Positions 43,240-57,061 of a stretch of DNA of 64,000 nucleotides are shown here, one piece after another. Position numbers and translations under genes: made by a program. Position 1 is the stretch's first letter. Each line of letters begins with the position of its first letter. The stretch comes from Octopus vulgaris. Lineage: Eukaryota. The notes below the pieces were generated by a model. The model was given only the letters and a program-made list of their open reading frames with translations. It had not been told where the DNA came from and did no database searches. The stretch lies in the NCBI GenBank assembly GCA_951406725.2, contig OX597830.1, forward strand, positions 79,900,033 to 79,964,032, written 5' to 3'.

Positions 43240-45330
43240 GGTTGCCTGCTTAATGAGCGCAAATTACTAGGTTTGGATGTAATAATCATCAGCGAGACTA
43301 GGAATTCGAATACACGCAAATTTGCACCCGTTTGTAGCAGATTCAATATCTTCACATTTCTTATTAAATCTGGAATGGGTGGTGGGGTGGCGAAGTGACA
43401 GGACTATTTCGGAAAGACCTGGGACTAGAGATCCATTCAATTTCCGTGGACCTGGGCAGACATGATTCTCGAGATGCGTTTTGTCTTCCTGGACTCTATG
43501 TTATTGGTTGTAGATGTGAACAGTAGCGAAGGTGGTGCCTTTAGACTGATAACTGTGTGTTCTTCACTGTGGAAAGGAAGCAGGATTTCTTCAGGCCTTT
43601 CGAGGGTTTCCTAGGAACGTCCCGATCTTTAGTGCTAGTGTGTAATTGCAACGCCATCTTGAATGCATGTCTCACATACTGGCAGCACATCTGGCCCTTG
43701 ATCTATTCTTCTACACTAAGCACGAAGGTTGAATTTTCAGAGCTAGAGTATGCGATCGAAGGAATAAGGGTGGAAGATGCTCAATGCAGCAACAAGGCCA
43801 CAATTCGACCTTTGGCGAATTTGGAAGGGTGCGTGACGCTCTACTACAGCAGATGTGACACTTCGCTCAACTATTTGGGGTGGCTAGTCGATGGTGGACG
43901 ATGGATGGAGATGAGCTTTACTGCCTACATCGATGGTGTGCCATGGCTCTTGGCCTGGAATGCGAAGTTCTGTAAAAAGCCGATATCAGCTGATGAAATA
44001 CGGGAAACAATATCGGGCTGGACGATGGAGGAGTCGCCGGGGCCTGATGGTCTGTCCTTCAAGCTTTATCGTCATATGCCAGACTTATTCAGGGACTGCT
44101 TGACAGATTTCTATTGCAACTGGCAATAAACGTGGGAATATCCAGTTCTGTGGAAAGAAGTGTAGCCGAGAAAGGACCCGAACAAGGGAGATGGTTTGAA
44201 GATTTTGACCAAAATATTATCGAAAAAGTTGGTGCTGGTCCTCGATACTCCGATAGGTGAGGCACTGAATGTGCTAAAGCAAACAGATTTATCTATAACA
44301 ATCTCCACCTCACATGGTGCACCACAGAAAATTTAGGTAAAAAGCCTGGCATAGGTGGGGTTCTGGTTAATTTAAATCAGTTGGAACCGTTTGATAGAGT
44401 TGACCATTAATACTTGGTGGCATTCCACTAAGTAATTGGATTCGGGCTCGTCTGCAGAAGCTAGATCATTACAATTTATTGTGTCATTTGCTTGGTGGTA
44501 ACTTTAAATAGTCACCTATCGGTACTGTTTAGTATCAAGCACTCCGACCGTCAAGGATGACACCTCTCTTCCCTTTCTCTTCTGTACGTACTGTCCTAAG
44601 AGTTACTTCCTCTGAATTTGGGGGTTAAATGGGTTGGGGGCATCCCGTCAGAACTCTGGCATGAAAGATCCATGATTGCAGAAGCGGGTAATTGTCAGTG
44701 AAATAATGTCGGAGCTGATTGGTACTACACTGGGGAGCTGCGAGACGGGGGCAGGAACAAAAGTTAACCAGAAGACGTCGGTGAGATTGCATCTGGGTAC
44801 CTGGAGAAGCAGGTCCATGCCATCCAACAGCATCATGGGGCAGTGGACGACTGTACCGGTTAAATTGCTCACGATTTGGTTTGATCCAAATCTCAAAGTG
44901 GAACAGACCTGGGAGACGTGACTTGTGGGGTGGCTAGTTTCAGTCAGAAATGGGCTGTGAAGAAACTGTCCATGAAAGGCTTACTTTGCTTATGTTATCA
45001 CCAGACTCTCGTGCCTTGCTCCACTTCATGACTGATGAGATTGAAGCGTTTGGTTTTTCTTTTTCTGCGGAAGGGATGTGATCTATTGGTCAAACAGTTC
45101 ATTCGCTGTCAACATACGCTGAGTGGAGGACCGATCATGCAATGTCTAGTGATGCGCAGTCACGCTCTGAGCCTGCGACATGTCCAACATTTCCTTGACG
45201 ATAAGGATGTGCGATTACCGATTGTTAGATCCACAGATCGTGCCCCTGACTGAGCTGGAGTCCTGGATGGAGCGTAGACTAAGGCAGGGTGCTTGGCAGC
45301 TTGAGTGCTGGCAGGCGCTTACTCCTTACT
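43240..45330 (+). mobile_element. Degenerate Tx1/L1-clade LINE
   Basis: LDVIIISETR (APE), PISADEI..SPGPDGL..KLY, PFDRVDH.YL, S.RQG..LS, GTKVNQKTS. Confidence 0.8.
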
Positions 45331-45589
45331 GGCATTTCTTCTCGCTCTTTATGTTCCAGCTTCAAATACCACCACGGTCAACTTTGCTTTCATCGTTTTC
45401 GGGATCAATAAAATAAGAACCCAGTGAGTTCTGGGGCCGATTTTATCGACTTGCTTGCTCCCTCAAGATTCCATTTAAGAGTTTACTTCAAATAATAGTC
45501 CTATTATTTGATGAAAACTCTCAGCTTATTTTGCTGGGTATGATGGAAAGTGTCGGCTGTTCACTGCAAGCAGACACTGGTGACATTAG

Positions 45590-45900
45590 TTTACTGATCA
45601 TGCTTCAAGAACCCTGCGGAGAACTCTTACAGCTGCAAGCAGTGCTGATTTTTGAGGGTATTTATATTTATATTTGTAGCAACCCTTTGCGCCATGCTGG
45701 TAGTTGAGTGTTGATACTGCCAAGGGCGCCAATTACTATTGGTATCACGTCCACACTTTTCATTACCCACAACTTTCGTGTATCCAAAACACTCGTAGTT
45801 GTTCAATTTCTTTCTTATTCCTCTTTGTTCACCACAACAATGTCAAGTTTTTGACGTCTGATATGATGGTTACACCGAATCATTGCATCCGACAGGACTT
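45590..45900 (-). mobile_element. R4/Dong-type RLE C-terminal relic
   Basis: GALGSI..QKSALLAAVRVLRRVL. Confidence 0.65.
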
Positions 45901-46227
45901 TGCAGTCTTATATCTAGGATTTGCTCATACTACGTCTTTGCTATTTTTAGGCCGTGTGTTCTACAGAGTTCCTACCAATGAAATTGCTAGAATGTCAAAA
46001 AAAATATTTTGCCTCTTTTGTTCCGGATTTTTATATTCTGATTTCAAATCCTGTCACAGTCAACTTTGCTTTTCAGATTTTCAGGGCTGACAAAATAAAG
46101 TACTAGTCAGGTACTGAAGTCGATCATACTAACTCTTATTTTCCTTGATGGTCTTGTGTGAACATTAGAAAGAATTTTTATTATCGCTATATGTTGAATT
46201 AGTAGGTTGGTGGGTACATTATCTAAG

Positions 46228-46440
46228 GCTGCAAGCTGGCAGAGTCATTAGCATGCTGGATAAAATGCTTAGCAGTATTTCACTCATCTTTACATTCTGT
46301 GTTCAAATTCTGCTGCGGTTGACTTTGGCTTTCATACTTTCAGAGTCGTTGAAAATAAGTGTCAGTTGAGCACTGGGGTCGATGAAATTGACTACACCGT
46401 TCTCCCAAATTTCAGGCCTTGTGCCCGTATTAGAAACCAT
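46228..46440 (+). mobile_element. tRNA-derived SINE (second family)
   Basis: agctggcagagtcattagc A-box, gttcaaattc B-box, gcactggggtcgatg body; same family as ~25215-25325(-). Confidence 0.7.
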
Positions 46441-46499
46441 TATCTTTATTTAAAGGTATGCACAAATATATTGCATTTGAATATCAGGTCAGAACTGTT

Positions 46500-47750
46500 C
46501 ATTTGGTATTGAGGACCTTTTGAGCAATCGTTGCAATTTCTAATATAACAGATTTCTGTATTAATCCAATTTTCGTATTATTTAAGAAACTACCAAGTTT
46601 ATTGGTATCAGTACCTCGGGCGCCTATAACTACTGGGATAACTTATGAAGAAACCCTCCAGAATTATTGAAAATCTTGGCATTTTCTTTTTGCTCTTCCG
46701 TTTTTTTCTTTTTACAACTGGTACATTCAGACACAACCACACCTGGGATGACACACTCTTTGGAAACCTTATCTAGCACGATAGTATTTGTTCGTCTTGC
46801 TTGAATTTCAGGATCAGCTTTTCCCATAATACCTTAAACTGTTCATTCTCTATCACACTGTCTGGTCGTTGTTGGTACGATGATTCTCCCCTTAATCCAA
46901 AGCCTCTTTGAAGTAATCCTGCCTGCATTTATACTCTTTCTGTGAAAAAGGAACTCCAGTACTTATTATCTGCAGAATTGTCTCGCCATTTTCGTTACAC
47001 ATTCTGTACTAAACACTTTCCATGGTTCTGTCTATTCTTGCTTTAATGACATTCACTCTCTGCAGCTCGAGCAGTAGCTTTGGCCTTTGCAAGCCTTTGT
47101 TTATGTTCTTGTTCACTCACAACACTACACGCGCGTGAACTGGAAGGAGTATTACCGATGTCTGGAAGTAAAACATCGGTAGAACTTTCAAAATGCATGT
47201 GCAAGTGCATTGAAATCGTTGTTACTATCTGTTTTATTCAAGCAACCCTCATCGATGGCCACAGCCCTCAGTTCAGCAGAGCCCCCTGCAATCTGCGACT
47301 GTCTTTGAAGGGAAGATTCAGCTCTAAGCCGCCTTTTATTTTGGAGCTGCATCTTTGTTAATGTCAAAACTGTTCTTTTTCTTTTCGGCATAACAGCAAC
47401 GAGAGTAACGAATAGTAAAGACTGGATTTGAGCAACCACAACGAGGCCTTCTATTTGTTCTTTGAGCTCTCCATTATTCAACCATAATCACGATTTATCT
47501 GCTGCAACATCCTGCCTTCGTCTGAAATGCTTACCATCTAACTCTTTTCAACACTTGTTGCTCCTGTTTTCTTCTTTCCTTGTATTATTTCACAATCTGC
47601 AAAGAGTCTTCTCTCTTACTCTTCTATATCATATTCTGCCATCTCCATGCTGTTTTCTATCAATAACTATCACTTCTATTTTGCCTGTTTGGAGCTTTTT
47701 GATGATTTCCGGATGTGATCTTTATAATCCATTTATACTGTTCTCTCTTT
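46500..47750 (-). mobile_element. Degenerate R4/Dong-type LINE 3' region with an unrelated insert at ~47040-47370
   Basis: LKEQIEGLVVVAQ.QSL; PDSVIENEQFKVLW; IQARRTNTIVLDK. Confidence 0.6.
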
Positions 47751-47771
47751 CAGAGACGAAGAATTCTGTAC

Positions 47772-48047
47772 ATTATTTACATTATTTACATTAGACGGTT
47801 ATGTGTCCTCAGCTTGTTTGTTGTTATCAAAACGTTTCGGCTGATTTATTCCTCAGCCTTCATCAGGTGTCCTGGTGGAATTTTAGTAACATCACCAACA
47901 AATACCTTAAGAATGAGAACTTAAGGTTGGGTCTAAAATTCCACTAGAACACCTGATGAAGGCTGGAGAGTAAATAAGCCGAAACGCTGTGGCAACAACA
48001 AACAACATGAGGACACATATCCGACTAATGTAAATAATGTAAATAAT
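47772..48047. mobile_element. Inverted pair of PLE pLTR-like repeats, each with a hammerhead motif
   Basis: Arms at 47772-47886 and 47933-48047. CTGATGAaggctg..gccGAAAC occurs on minus (47826-47871) and plus (47948-47992). Same family as 2517-2666. Confidence 0.85.
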
Positions 48048-48475
48048 AATCCACCTATACTTATATAAACTGTGTTTCATATTACATTTGATGATTTTAT
48101 TTTCCTAAACATTTCTAAATTATGCCTAAAATAATATGTTAAGGGATTTTCACTGATATCATGAAAACTGAGCCTTATAAAAGTAAAATAATTATAAACA
48201 CTATTTCATATCTTTATTTGAAAGCAATAATAGCTATGTTCAGATTTCTACAACTAAACTGAAAATAAAAATATCTTTTCCCATTATATTTTCTGAGTCT
48301 ATATCTGTGTGTAGTTGGATTTTTAGATGTGGTTATTCTTTGTCTTTTGCACACTACTGTTACTTATATACCTCCTCCTTCATATAAGCATATTGTTTAA
48401 ACCTTGCTACTAACAGCTAAACATTATAACTCCAAAACTTTTTCTGCAATTAACCATGTTTGTATTATTCTCTAG

Positions 48476-48528
48476 ATTCGAAGAGGTGGAGGACGAAGGC
48501 CGGTGGCAATGGCATCTTCTGCCAATGG
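48476..48528 (+). CDS. Probable exon of an unidentified gene (IRRGGGRRPVAMASSANG; possible start ATG at 48509)
   Basis: Pyrimidine-rich ..ttattctctAG acceptor and G|GTAAGT donor; GC-rich island in unique AT-rich DNA; phase-2 end matches the exon at 56425. Confidence 0.6.
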
Positions 48529-49089
48529 GTAAGTAGACAAACATTTCCATATTACATTTACTCATCATATTTAAAGACACCACTAAACCTCTAAATCTCT
48601 TCATATCTGATCCTTAGAGAATTTTAAGTATTGCTTTTATCCTTTAGTATTTGAACAATTTCAACAATAATAAAAGAAAGAATAAACTATATTTACCCCA
48701 CCATATTACTGGCATTTATATAAAGGGAAAGCGATGTTATTGAGTATTTTCCATGATGGAAAAATGAAAGAGAATCGACAGTTAAGAAATGATATATAGC
48801 AAGTATTTTGTACAACAGCCAGTAAGTTCAGGTAACTTAGTCACCTTAGAAAAATTTAGAACATTAATAACCAAAATAAGATTAATGTTTTACGAAGTCT
48901 CTACACTAAGTGAAAGAATTGATATAAAACATACGGATTTTATTAATTGGCAGTGAATTTCTACCTACAATGCTATTTAATATTACGTCATTTCAATGAT
49001 ATTTGACGTATTTTATTGTGACAGAAAGTTTTAGTTGAATGAATCGATCCCAGATCTTATTCTGTTTTTAAGCGTGGTATTTATGCTAT

Positions 49090-49390
49090 CCGAAGGGTAT
49101 TATTAATTAATATCCTAGAAACAGCTGGAAGAGCTTCTATCTATAAATGCTCTAATATCTATGCAGCCTTGGTTTTTTATCTTATAACGCAAAAAATCCA
49201 TATATGATAGATCGTTAGCCACTACACACATTTTTCTCTCCTTGTTTTTTTTCTGTGCCCCTTTTTGTTGAAGAACGTAGGCTCGAAACGTAAAAGACTT
49301 TTTCTATTCCTGAGCGTTATACTAATACATCTGTTTGTTTTGTACACCACCTCTCTTCGTCCTTTGTTTTTTCGAAAACTCTCCCTATAT
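49090..49390 (+). mobile_element. PLE pLTR-like repeat with hammerhead remnants
   Basis: GAAACagctg at ~49117 and ..gaagaacgtaggctcGAAACGTAaaag at ~49270-49296. Confidence 0.55.
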
Positions 49391-49734
49391 ATATATATAT
49401 GGATTTCGTAGACAGAAACTTACAGAAATCAATCGTTTATATATGTATGTACATATGTAAGTGTATGTGTGTGACTTTGTTTCTGTGTTTCGCCCTCATC
49501 ACTGCTTCACAACTGCTGTCCGTTTATTTACATCCCCATAACTTACTGGTTTCACAAGAAGAAACTAATAGAATAAGTACCAGGCTTATCAACATAAAAA
49601 AGCACTAGGCTGTCTCATATTTTTGTTTGCCCACTCAGTTGTATCTATCAATTTATATTTGTGTGTATATACACTTTGCCCGTGTTACATGTAATTGAAG
49701 AATTAGACTTTTCTGTTATATTTTCTGTAATGTT

Positions 49735-51180
49735 TCGAATTTCATCAAAATTGCAGATGAGGGTTATTTCCCTCTTTACACAACCTAAAAAAATTGTAAT
49801 CGTACCACATGTATCCCATACTAATGATTTTTATGCGCATATTCCAAAATTCTAGTCTTATAGAACCTGTTAAAAGGATTTTGCTCCTGAAAAATGGAGG
49901 TCATGGAACGCTCTAAAATGTGAGAGTTAAGGCCTCTATTGGTGGGGGATGTCTTAATGTCAAGCAGAGAAGTTGAATTGTTGAGAATCTTTTTAACTAG
50001 GGTCTTATATCTATTGCTTGAATTTCTTTGAAATAGGAAATATATGTTCACTGGGTTTGTAAAATAGAGCAAAGCTACAGGAAACCAAAAGACGAATCAT
50101 CACAATAAGCAGTCAGCTCCCTACTCCAGTCGTTACCACTCCCAATGTAATATTCCCAATGTAGTATTACAGCCGTAAGATGCATTACGAATCTATAGTA
50201 ATTGGAAGGGCGTGACCCAACTGAAATAAACATTAACAACTGTGTGACGTGAGGGCTAAGGATAAATGAAAGTTGGAGTTTGCAAATGACCACTGTACTG
50301 ATACGTAACTGGACAGAATAAATTTACAATCTATAAATGTCTTTGAATAACAAGTCACTCATCTGGGAAGGCCTTGAAATCAATGTTACTCTCTGGGGAC
50401 TATGTGTGACTCAGTGATAATAAAAAGACTGAAAGGAGGTCTGCAATCAAATAACTTTACTCAACACTTTGCAACTGAATCAGCGGAAGCAAAGATGCCT
50501 CCCATTTTCTTGACAATTTATGCACCACATTGCAGAAATCACAGTCTAAGTGTATGCCAAAGCAAACTCTTACACTGTTGTACCATTGAATTACAAATAA
50601 TGCTCATCTTTATGCTCGGGTGACCCTACAGCTTCCAAGAGTACAACTGTATTCGTCTTTGCTTAGATAAAATGATTAAATTGTGGGTATTAAGTCCCCA
50701 TTAAGGGTTCTTTCTAACTTGCAAGAAGAGGAAATTTTATAAATATTACTTCATTTGTATCTAATATCTGTGGTTAAAATTTCATCAGCAGCAAAAATAT
50801 ATGAATTGTCATGGGGGTTATGGCCTTTATGCATAGAATATAATTCCCAAATTTCGTAAAGATCCATTCAGTACTTTTGACCTAATTTTGGATCATAAAA
50901 GAAATGACTAAAATTTGGGAGTTAAGGCCCTCAATATGGTGTCTTAGAATCCTCATATGAAGTGGAATCTTTGAGAATACTTCTTGATGTGTATCAATTA
51001 CTTATGGTTGAAATTTCATCAACATCGAAAATTTATGAATTTTCATGAGGGGTTCTTCCCCCTTTAAGCCATCTGAAATTTAAACCAAACATATTGCATT
51101 ATACCTGCCCTTATGCATTGAATCTAAGTTTCAAATATCATAAGGATCCATTCAGTAATTTTGGTCCATGAAATTGTATG
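49735..51180. repeat. Old modular repeat (Helentron/DINE-like internal units) split by an RTE-like relic
   Basis: Recurrent aaatttcatca..aaa..atgaatt.tcatg and gatccattcagta.tttt modules at ~49735, 50775-50890 and 51010-51170. Confidence 0.4.
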
Positions 51181-51699
51181 AAACACACAGCATTGCCCTT
51201 CTCCCTAGGCTTTGATTTTGTGTTCTAAATTTCATTATGATCGGTGCAGCAGTTTTTGAATACACAAGTAACACGCGAACTCACATAAAGACATTGACGT
51301 TGATATAATAGATATGAATAATGTTGAAAAAAGCCTGCGAAACGCAGAACATAAACAAATGTGGCGTTAACAAAAAAAAAGCACGAAGGAGTTCCAACAA
51401 TAATAATCCAACAATGCCACACTCACGTGCGAAATGAACTACTCCAAAGGCGAAGAAATTTGGAATGCCAGGAATGCGTTCAAGTTCATTTTTAGAGCCA
51501 TAACCTCCACGAGATGCACGTGCATTTCGGTTTTCTTTTCAATTGTTTGCGATTGCTACCCACGACATTCAACGCAGCTGCATTTTGGCGTCCCGTTTCA
51601 GGAAAGTCTAAAGACTGCCTGTAATTTGGGTCTCAGCCATAAATCAGCATGTTTGGAATATTTACTGTTACATCACTGAAATATATTTAGAATATAAAA

Positions 51700-53320
51700 T
51701 GACATTTGAAAAAGATTGCGTTTCTGTTGCGATTCAGTGTACATTAGGAAATCGTAGATAGTGACCACACAGCAATGCCAAATAATATCATAAGCACTGG
51801 GAGTGTAAGATACGAAGTCAAACGTAACGAAAAGGAAGAAAACAACGAAAGGCAACAAACCCAGGCCGTATGAATGTATAATGATGAGCTATATGCACGA
51901 AATCAGAACACCACAGACAAAAAATATGAACAGGAAGGAAAGCGAAACAAATCTAAAACCTTAAAAGAGTGAAGGTGAAACTAATGATTATGATACTCTA
52001 AAAATGAATATAATCAAAGAATTGAAAGGCTCAGATCTCAGTATGGACAACTGACTGTAGCTCCCCAAAATTAAGATTGATATTAAAGCCACATTAATAA
52101 TAAATAACAGGAAACTGGCCGTCCCGGAACTAATACCCACAGAAACAAACGTCAGTATAATCAGGTTAAATGCTATAATATATCAAAGCTGGATACCCTC
52201 TCAAACCCATCCAAACCCTGTGGATAAAGAATATTTAGAAAAAGATATAAAATAAAAGAAAGGATCTGTCAGTCCTTAAGGAAATTAGTAGACAATCAAC
52301 ACTACTAAGCAACAAGAACAGAAGTAAAATACTATGGAAATAGAAAATTCTAGAACAAAGTATACCTGGGATAAAAGAACAGCTAAAGCAAGATATCCTC
52401 GCCAAAGTACAAAAAATCGCCAGTATGAGATACCCAACGTTTCTTTGAACAAAACAAACAGTTCTAATCCAATCTCAAAAGATTCTACTTAGAACTTGGC
52501 AAAAATAAAATAGAGATCAATGGAAATAACAACCTAAGAACAACCTAGGAAAAGGTCTTTCAAAGTAACAAAAACAGCTCCTCTACAAATCTGGACTCCT
52601 ATAACAACTGAAGAGGTCGGCAACCATGCACTACAAGGTCTCCAATTTCTGGTTGAAATATCAAACAGGAATACAGAAAACGATGCCTGGGAAATTTGAT
52701 GAAATACTAAAAGAACCTGAGACAATATTTGAAGGGCCCATGGAAGGGAAACATTTCCTGATTACCAAGTCCACCGAAACGGGAAACCCACAAAATTACA
52801 AACCGATAACTTGACTCGCTACAATTTACAAAACCTTTACTGCAGAGAATGGGCAAACATCTGGAAGATAACAACCTGTTTCTGAAACAGAAGAAGGGGT
52901 GCTGCAAAAGCATCAGATACCTGTCAATAAAGCCATAACTGAAGACAGCCGACAAGAGAAGAATGGTCCAAGTATGACTGGGATCGATTATCGAAAAGCT
53001 TTTGATAATATTCTATGACCAAAGTAACGACAATAATCGAAAGAGAGCCGTCCCCGTTAGAACAGTAATATTCCAGGGAGACCCGATCTTTCCACTCTTT
53101 CTGCTTGGCACTGATACCTTTATCTGACGTGCTAAATAGAATTAGATATGGATACAACTTTTACGGGAAAACAATCGACCAACTCTTGTATAAGGATGAT
53201 CTAAAACTATACGCTACAAATGATAAACAGCTGGAAACAGTACTAGAGAGAGTACATGGCTTTGCCAAAGAAATAAACATGGAATTTGGCTTAAAAAATG
53301 ATAAAGTATTAGCGAAAAAC
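51700..53320 (+). mobile_element. Degenerate R4/Dong LINE, 5' half to RT (same family as 643-2374)
   Basis: PQNYKPIT, WIDYRKAFD, IFQGD, LLYKDDLKLYATNDKQLE. Confidence 0.85.
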
Positions 53321-53533
53321 TGATGAAGAATTAGCGAGTCTCTGTGACTTATACATATACGTTTTTAGCTGTTGTTTATTTCTATATATGGCTGTGTGCG
53401 CGCGCGTGCAAAATAATGAGTTAAAAAACGAAAAATGAAAACAAACGGGACAACGTACACAAAAATGCATTATAGCTTGACGCCCACTGAAAGGAATGAG
53501 TATGACATTTCGATCACTTACACACGCACACAC

Positions 53534-53578
<45 letters not shown>

Positions 53579-53682
53579 TATATATGTATGTATATATATG
53601 TATATATTATAGATAATATATGCCTATATACATCCGCATATGTACATACTTACATTTATACGTATATATATATATATCTATC

Positions 53683-53732
<50 letters not shown>

Positions 53733-54439
53733 TGTATATATGCATATCTGGGCAGAGGACGTCATAAAACGTGTACAAAAATACGAAGCACGTGTACATG
53801 GAACACGAACTATTTTTTTCGAACAACGAAAGACACAAATGGAAAACAAAACAAACATGAAGAATGACCGTTCATCAGTTGCTGGTTGTTTCTCTATTCT
53901 CGTATTTCGAGCATTTAACAACAATATACGTATTCGATAAAACAGTTGCTCCCGCAAAGCAAATTAAGTAGAATTTGGGATTTTGCGGAGGATCAAAATA
54001 GGTAACACAACCAGGACAGTGAAAAGAAACAGGAAGGGCTGTTAAGCCTAAACGAGGTTGTGGTGACGAACGCATAAATTAAGCTAGGACATGATACAAG
54101 CAAGAACACGTCTTCCTTGTTCCAGCTACAACGGAGAGAAAATAAGAAAGATGGCCGATGGTCACGCGGGAGCCATGTGAGCAAGGAAGAGTGAAGGACA
54201 GAATAACAGAGTAATAGGATAGAACAGTGGGAGAAGAGCAGGTAAAATAGTAATAATGATGATATATTAAAATAGTAATAATAATAATAATATATATATA
54301 TATATATATATATAAGGAAAAAGTAAAAAGAAACAAAGAAAATGCACACTAGGTATAAAAGTAATGGTTCTTTTTCTTAGAACAAAGATACATATATATA
54401 CAATTAAATGATTTGAGGGGAAATTAAGAAGTATAAAAA

Positions 54440-55605
54440 TCCTTACCATGAGTCATTATAGAAAGTCATACCGGTTTCGACATCGCTGTTCACTAACTTT
54501 AAATCAACACCAATTTCCAAACGCTGTTGGGTCTAATAGTACCTGTATCTGTATATGTATGCAAGGGAGGTAAGCTGTTCTGAAAGTGATGCAATTAGAT
54601 TAATATGATTAATAGAGTATGAATGGTATATGAGATGTTTGAGGATTAGTGGGATTACTTGTATTAGTAAGGTTAGTAGTGTCCTGTATTAAGTTGTGTG
54701 TTCATGTTAAGTTGTGGTTGATATTTATTACTGAAAGTTGCCTCTTTATTTAGTCTTTACTGCACTGAGGTGTTCTGGGAGCATTGATAAAAGGGAAAAT
54801 TAGGAAGTTTGGTTTAAGACTCCTATCACATCTATCCTTGTGCTCACTAACATCTATCTGTCTATACTGTGGGAAACTGATTTGTTGTTTTTGAAGCGTT
54901 GTTCTTCGTGTTTGTCCTATATAGTGGTTTTGGCAACCTAAGCAAGTAATGACATAGATTTGATTTTCAGAGGCAAAGTGAAATGTGACTTTATCTTAAA
55001 TATTTCACCTTGTTTGAAGTGAAATTCTGTACCCCCCAAAAGGTGGAAGTATGTGCCCCAGTTAGGCCACCCCCAATTTCCACTTTTGGTTCTGTTGTTA
55101 AGGGATATAATCTTGCGCCGGTTAAATTTTGATAATTTTGTGTGAGTCCAAAATTTCGTTCATTGTTTATCCCCAGTGCAGAATGGGTAAATTCTGGATG
55201 ATGATGTTGAATGCCTCATTGTTTCTGGAGTTATATGTGGAGATGTATAGGAGTACATTTAAATTTGGTGTAGTATTTCGGTTAACTTCCCTTAAGGCTC
55301 GTATGTCTAATTCCTTTGAGGTACCATATTTTTGCTGTGATAATTGGTATATTTTAATTTCTAGATTACAAAATTCGCAATCAGTGGGGCAGCACGAGGT
55401 TCCACTGCAATTCCACATTTTTCTTGATAGTAAACTGTATCGGACATGAAGTAGTTGTTCTGGAGGTTAAATTTCAGTGCAGGGATTGTGAAGCTGTGGC
55501 TGATGCGTCCTGGGATCTCTTCTGGGTATTTTTCTAGCCAGAAGAGGATTGCTTTTATATCATAATGGTGTGGGTAACTAGTGCACAAATTCACCACATC
55601 CAATC
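54440..55605 (-). mobile_element. Internally deleted Penelope-like element (RT, GIY-YIG, pLTR)
   Basis: DVVNLCTSYPH..NNYF..CGIAVEPRAAPLIAN (RT); NQIYVITCLGCQNHYIGQT (GIY-YIG); hammerhead motif at 54462-54500. Confidence 0.85.
54462..54500 (-). ncRNA. Second hammerhead-like motif with G3-C8 core
   Basis: aaagtta-GTGAACA-gcgatgtc-GAAAC-cg-GTA-tgacttt. 7-bp stem I with one G.U pair; palindromic accggt. Confidence 0.6.
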
Positions 55606-55790
55606 CATATTTTCCCTGTCTTCCTTTTCTCTTGAATTTTACGCCATCTCCTGTTTCAGAAAAAGACCTTTGCTCGAAACGTAAAACACTTTTTCTTTCT
55701 TTCATTCTGTGAGCGTCTTATTAACAATTTGCATGTGTCAAATCCTCGCGACGTTGTTTTACTTGTCCTTTTAGTCCGTCTTTTTTATAT
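55606..55790 (+). mobile_element. PLE pLTR-like repeat with hammerhead remnant, oriented opposite to the adjacent PLE
   Basis: ..gacctttgctcGAAACGTAaaac..gagcgtc; resembles the repeats at 49260-49390 and 57062-57248. Confidence 0.55.
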
Positions 55791-55859
55791 TAATTATATA
55801 TATATAGGTACAACAAATTTGCCCATTTCTTTTTGCTGCATGGAAACACCTCTTTTGTG

Positions 55860-55945
<86 letters not shown>

Positions 55946-56424
55946 GTGTGTGTATGTGTGTGTGTGCTTGTGTGTGTGTCTGTATGTGTGTTTGTGTGTG
56001 TGTGTATGAGAATAGAATAATTTCTAAGGTATAATTCCTGCTGTTCTTATTGTTTATCAATTGCTTCTGTTAAGTTTAATTTCTCCACCTTTTCTGCCAT
56101 TTTCGGTATATTTCGACTTGCTTCTTTTTGAGGAATTGCCTCTTTCTGAATTCTCTCTTAATTTCTTAGCTTCCTTTGATCTTTATTTATCTCTCAACCT
56201 TCATCTCCATCTGAATCATTCTTTCTGTGCATAACTTTTCACCTGCCATATTATTCCTTAAAGCTGAGTTTCTTTTCCATTGTCTCGATTTCTTTCCATG
56301 TAATAACACAGCTTTTCTATTCGACGTTCACAGTTAAAGGATAAAGACTTAAATATTCATCTTTATACACATCATGACAATTCATTTTACTGACCTGGAA
56401 TTTTACCATTTATTGATTTTGCAG

Positions 56425-56473
56425 ACTAGAACTTCAAGAAATGGCTGAGGAATCTGGTCAGAAACCCAAACAA
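56425..56473 (+). CDS. Probable exon of the same unidentified gene (LELQEMAEESGQKPKQ)
   Basis: ttttgcAG acceptor and CAA|GTAAGC donor; open frame continuing from 48528; purine-rich exon in pyrimidine-rich flanks. Confidence 0.65.
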
Positions 56474-57061
56474 GTAAGCTTTTTTTTAATCTTAAAATAT
56501 ACTTGAATAGTTCTGAATTGTGATGGATTATTTCTTGAGAATTTCATCAAAGGATTTGCTTAAAATGAACGCTGTATATTCTGTTTATGAATAATTTCAT
56601 ATATTTTCTCACATTGATACAACTGGTTGCTATCATTTATACTGGTAGACCAAGCTATTATTCTTCAGACTGGTAGAGCTATCTGCAATTTTTGCAGTAG
56701 GTAGAACTCTATTTTATCTCTTTTTGGTAGATCCAGCTACTAAATTCTATATATTTATTGCAGGCTTCCATTTTGTTATATCGTTGCAGTCAGTGATGTG
56801 GTTTTCATTTTAATAATATTAGAAAAAACAGCTTCTATATATCATATTATTAGAGATGGAAAGAATCATCGTATTATATGTCAAACCAGTAAAACCAGTT
56901 TTTAAATTCCCCATATATATATATATTTATGTATGAATGTATGTATGTATGTATGTATATATGTATGTATATATGTATGTATATGTGTATGTATGTATGT
57001 ATGTATGTATCTATCCATCTATATATAAAGATTTATATATGTATGTATGTATATATATACA

